Shown here in pieces: positions 26,561 to 26,895 of a stretch of DNA of 26,895 bases. How positions within the stretch are numbered: position 1 is the first letter of the stretch; each line of letters begins with the position of its first letter. Position numbers and translations under genes: made by a program. Under the pieces are notes generated by a model. It ran no database searches and was not told where the DNA came from. It was given only the letters and a program-made list of their open reading frames with translations. The stretch is from Gemmobacter sp. (GTDB lineage: Bacteria > Pseudomonadota > Alphaproteobacteria > Rhodobacterales > Rhodobacteraceae): NCBI GenBank assembly GCA_030656535.1, contig JAUSPL010000107.1:1-26895 (forward strand). The letters are read 5' to 3'.

Positions 26561-26895
26561 GTTGCGAATGGTTTCGATCATCAACGCGACGTTGTCAGGA
26601 TTTGCGTCAGGGGTGATTCCGTGGCCAAGGTTGAAGATATGCGGCCCCTTGGAAAACGCCTTTACGATGCGGCGGGTTTCATCAATCAGCGCCTGTCCGC
26701 CAGTGACCATGTGTCGCGGGTCCAGGTTCCCCTGGACGCATCCGTCCACCTGGACATGGGCCGCCGCCCAATCAGCGCTGACCGAATTGTCGATGGCCAC
26801 GCAATCGGCCCCGGTGGCCTGTGCAAAGCCGATATAGCCATCCCCTGCCTCGCGCGGGAACGCGATCACCGGAATACCGGGGTGACGGGCCTTGA
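26555..26895 (-). CDS. hemE: Uroporphyrinogen decarboxylase, C-terminal part (5' end beyond the right edge)
   Basis: PVIAFPR, VQGNLDP, and [11 protein letters not shown], the UROD C-terminal signature. Confidence 0.95.
   Translation of the reverse strand, partial: KARHPGIPVIAFPREAGDGYIGFAQATGADCVAIDNSVSADWAAAHVQVDGCVQGNLDPRHMVTGGQALIDETRRIVKAFSKGPHIFNLGHGITPDANPDNVALMIETIRNG

Overview
GC-rich alphaproteobacterial chromosome segment whose gene content and order fit Rhodobacteraceae/Paracoccaceae. From left to right: (1) a minus-strand operon of sqr (type I sulfide:quinone oxidoreductase), a DUF2892/YgaP-like membrane protein, an RND periplasmic adaptor and an RND permease that runs off the left edge, preceded by a perfect TATAAT immediately followed by an ATTC-N8-GAAT (SqrR-type) operator; (2) a gap of about 0.7 kb with no credible gene; (3) an uncharacterised catabolic cluster: a polar-amino-acid-type ABC importer (SBP, 2 permeases, ATPase), a DUF6282-like metallo-amidohydrolase, a dihydropyrimidinase/hydantoinase and a DUF3830 protein, with a divergent flavin amine-oxidase-family gene and no local regulator; (4) heterotetrameric sarcosine-oxidase-family soxBDAG; (5) a histidine biosynthesis cluster hisB-hisH-hisA-hisF-hisE, interrupted by antisense DUF2147 and RTX Ca-binding protein genes and followed by a translationally coupled, non-canonical LpxL/LPLAT-like acyltransferase gene; (6) an XRE/ScfR-family regulator and the 3' end of hemE. 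No rRNA, tRNA, CRISPR array or recognisable transposase was seen. Start codons were re-chosen from RBS and protein-family N-termini, so many differ from the ORF track. Family names come from motif recognition, not database searches. The best candidates for undescribed biology are the amidohydrolase/DUF6282/DUF3830/amine-oxidase cluster (possibly feeding soxBDAG) and the SqrR-box-controlled sqr-DUF2892-RND operon.
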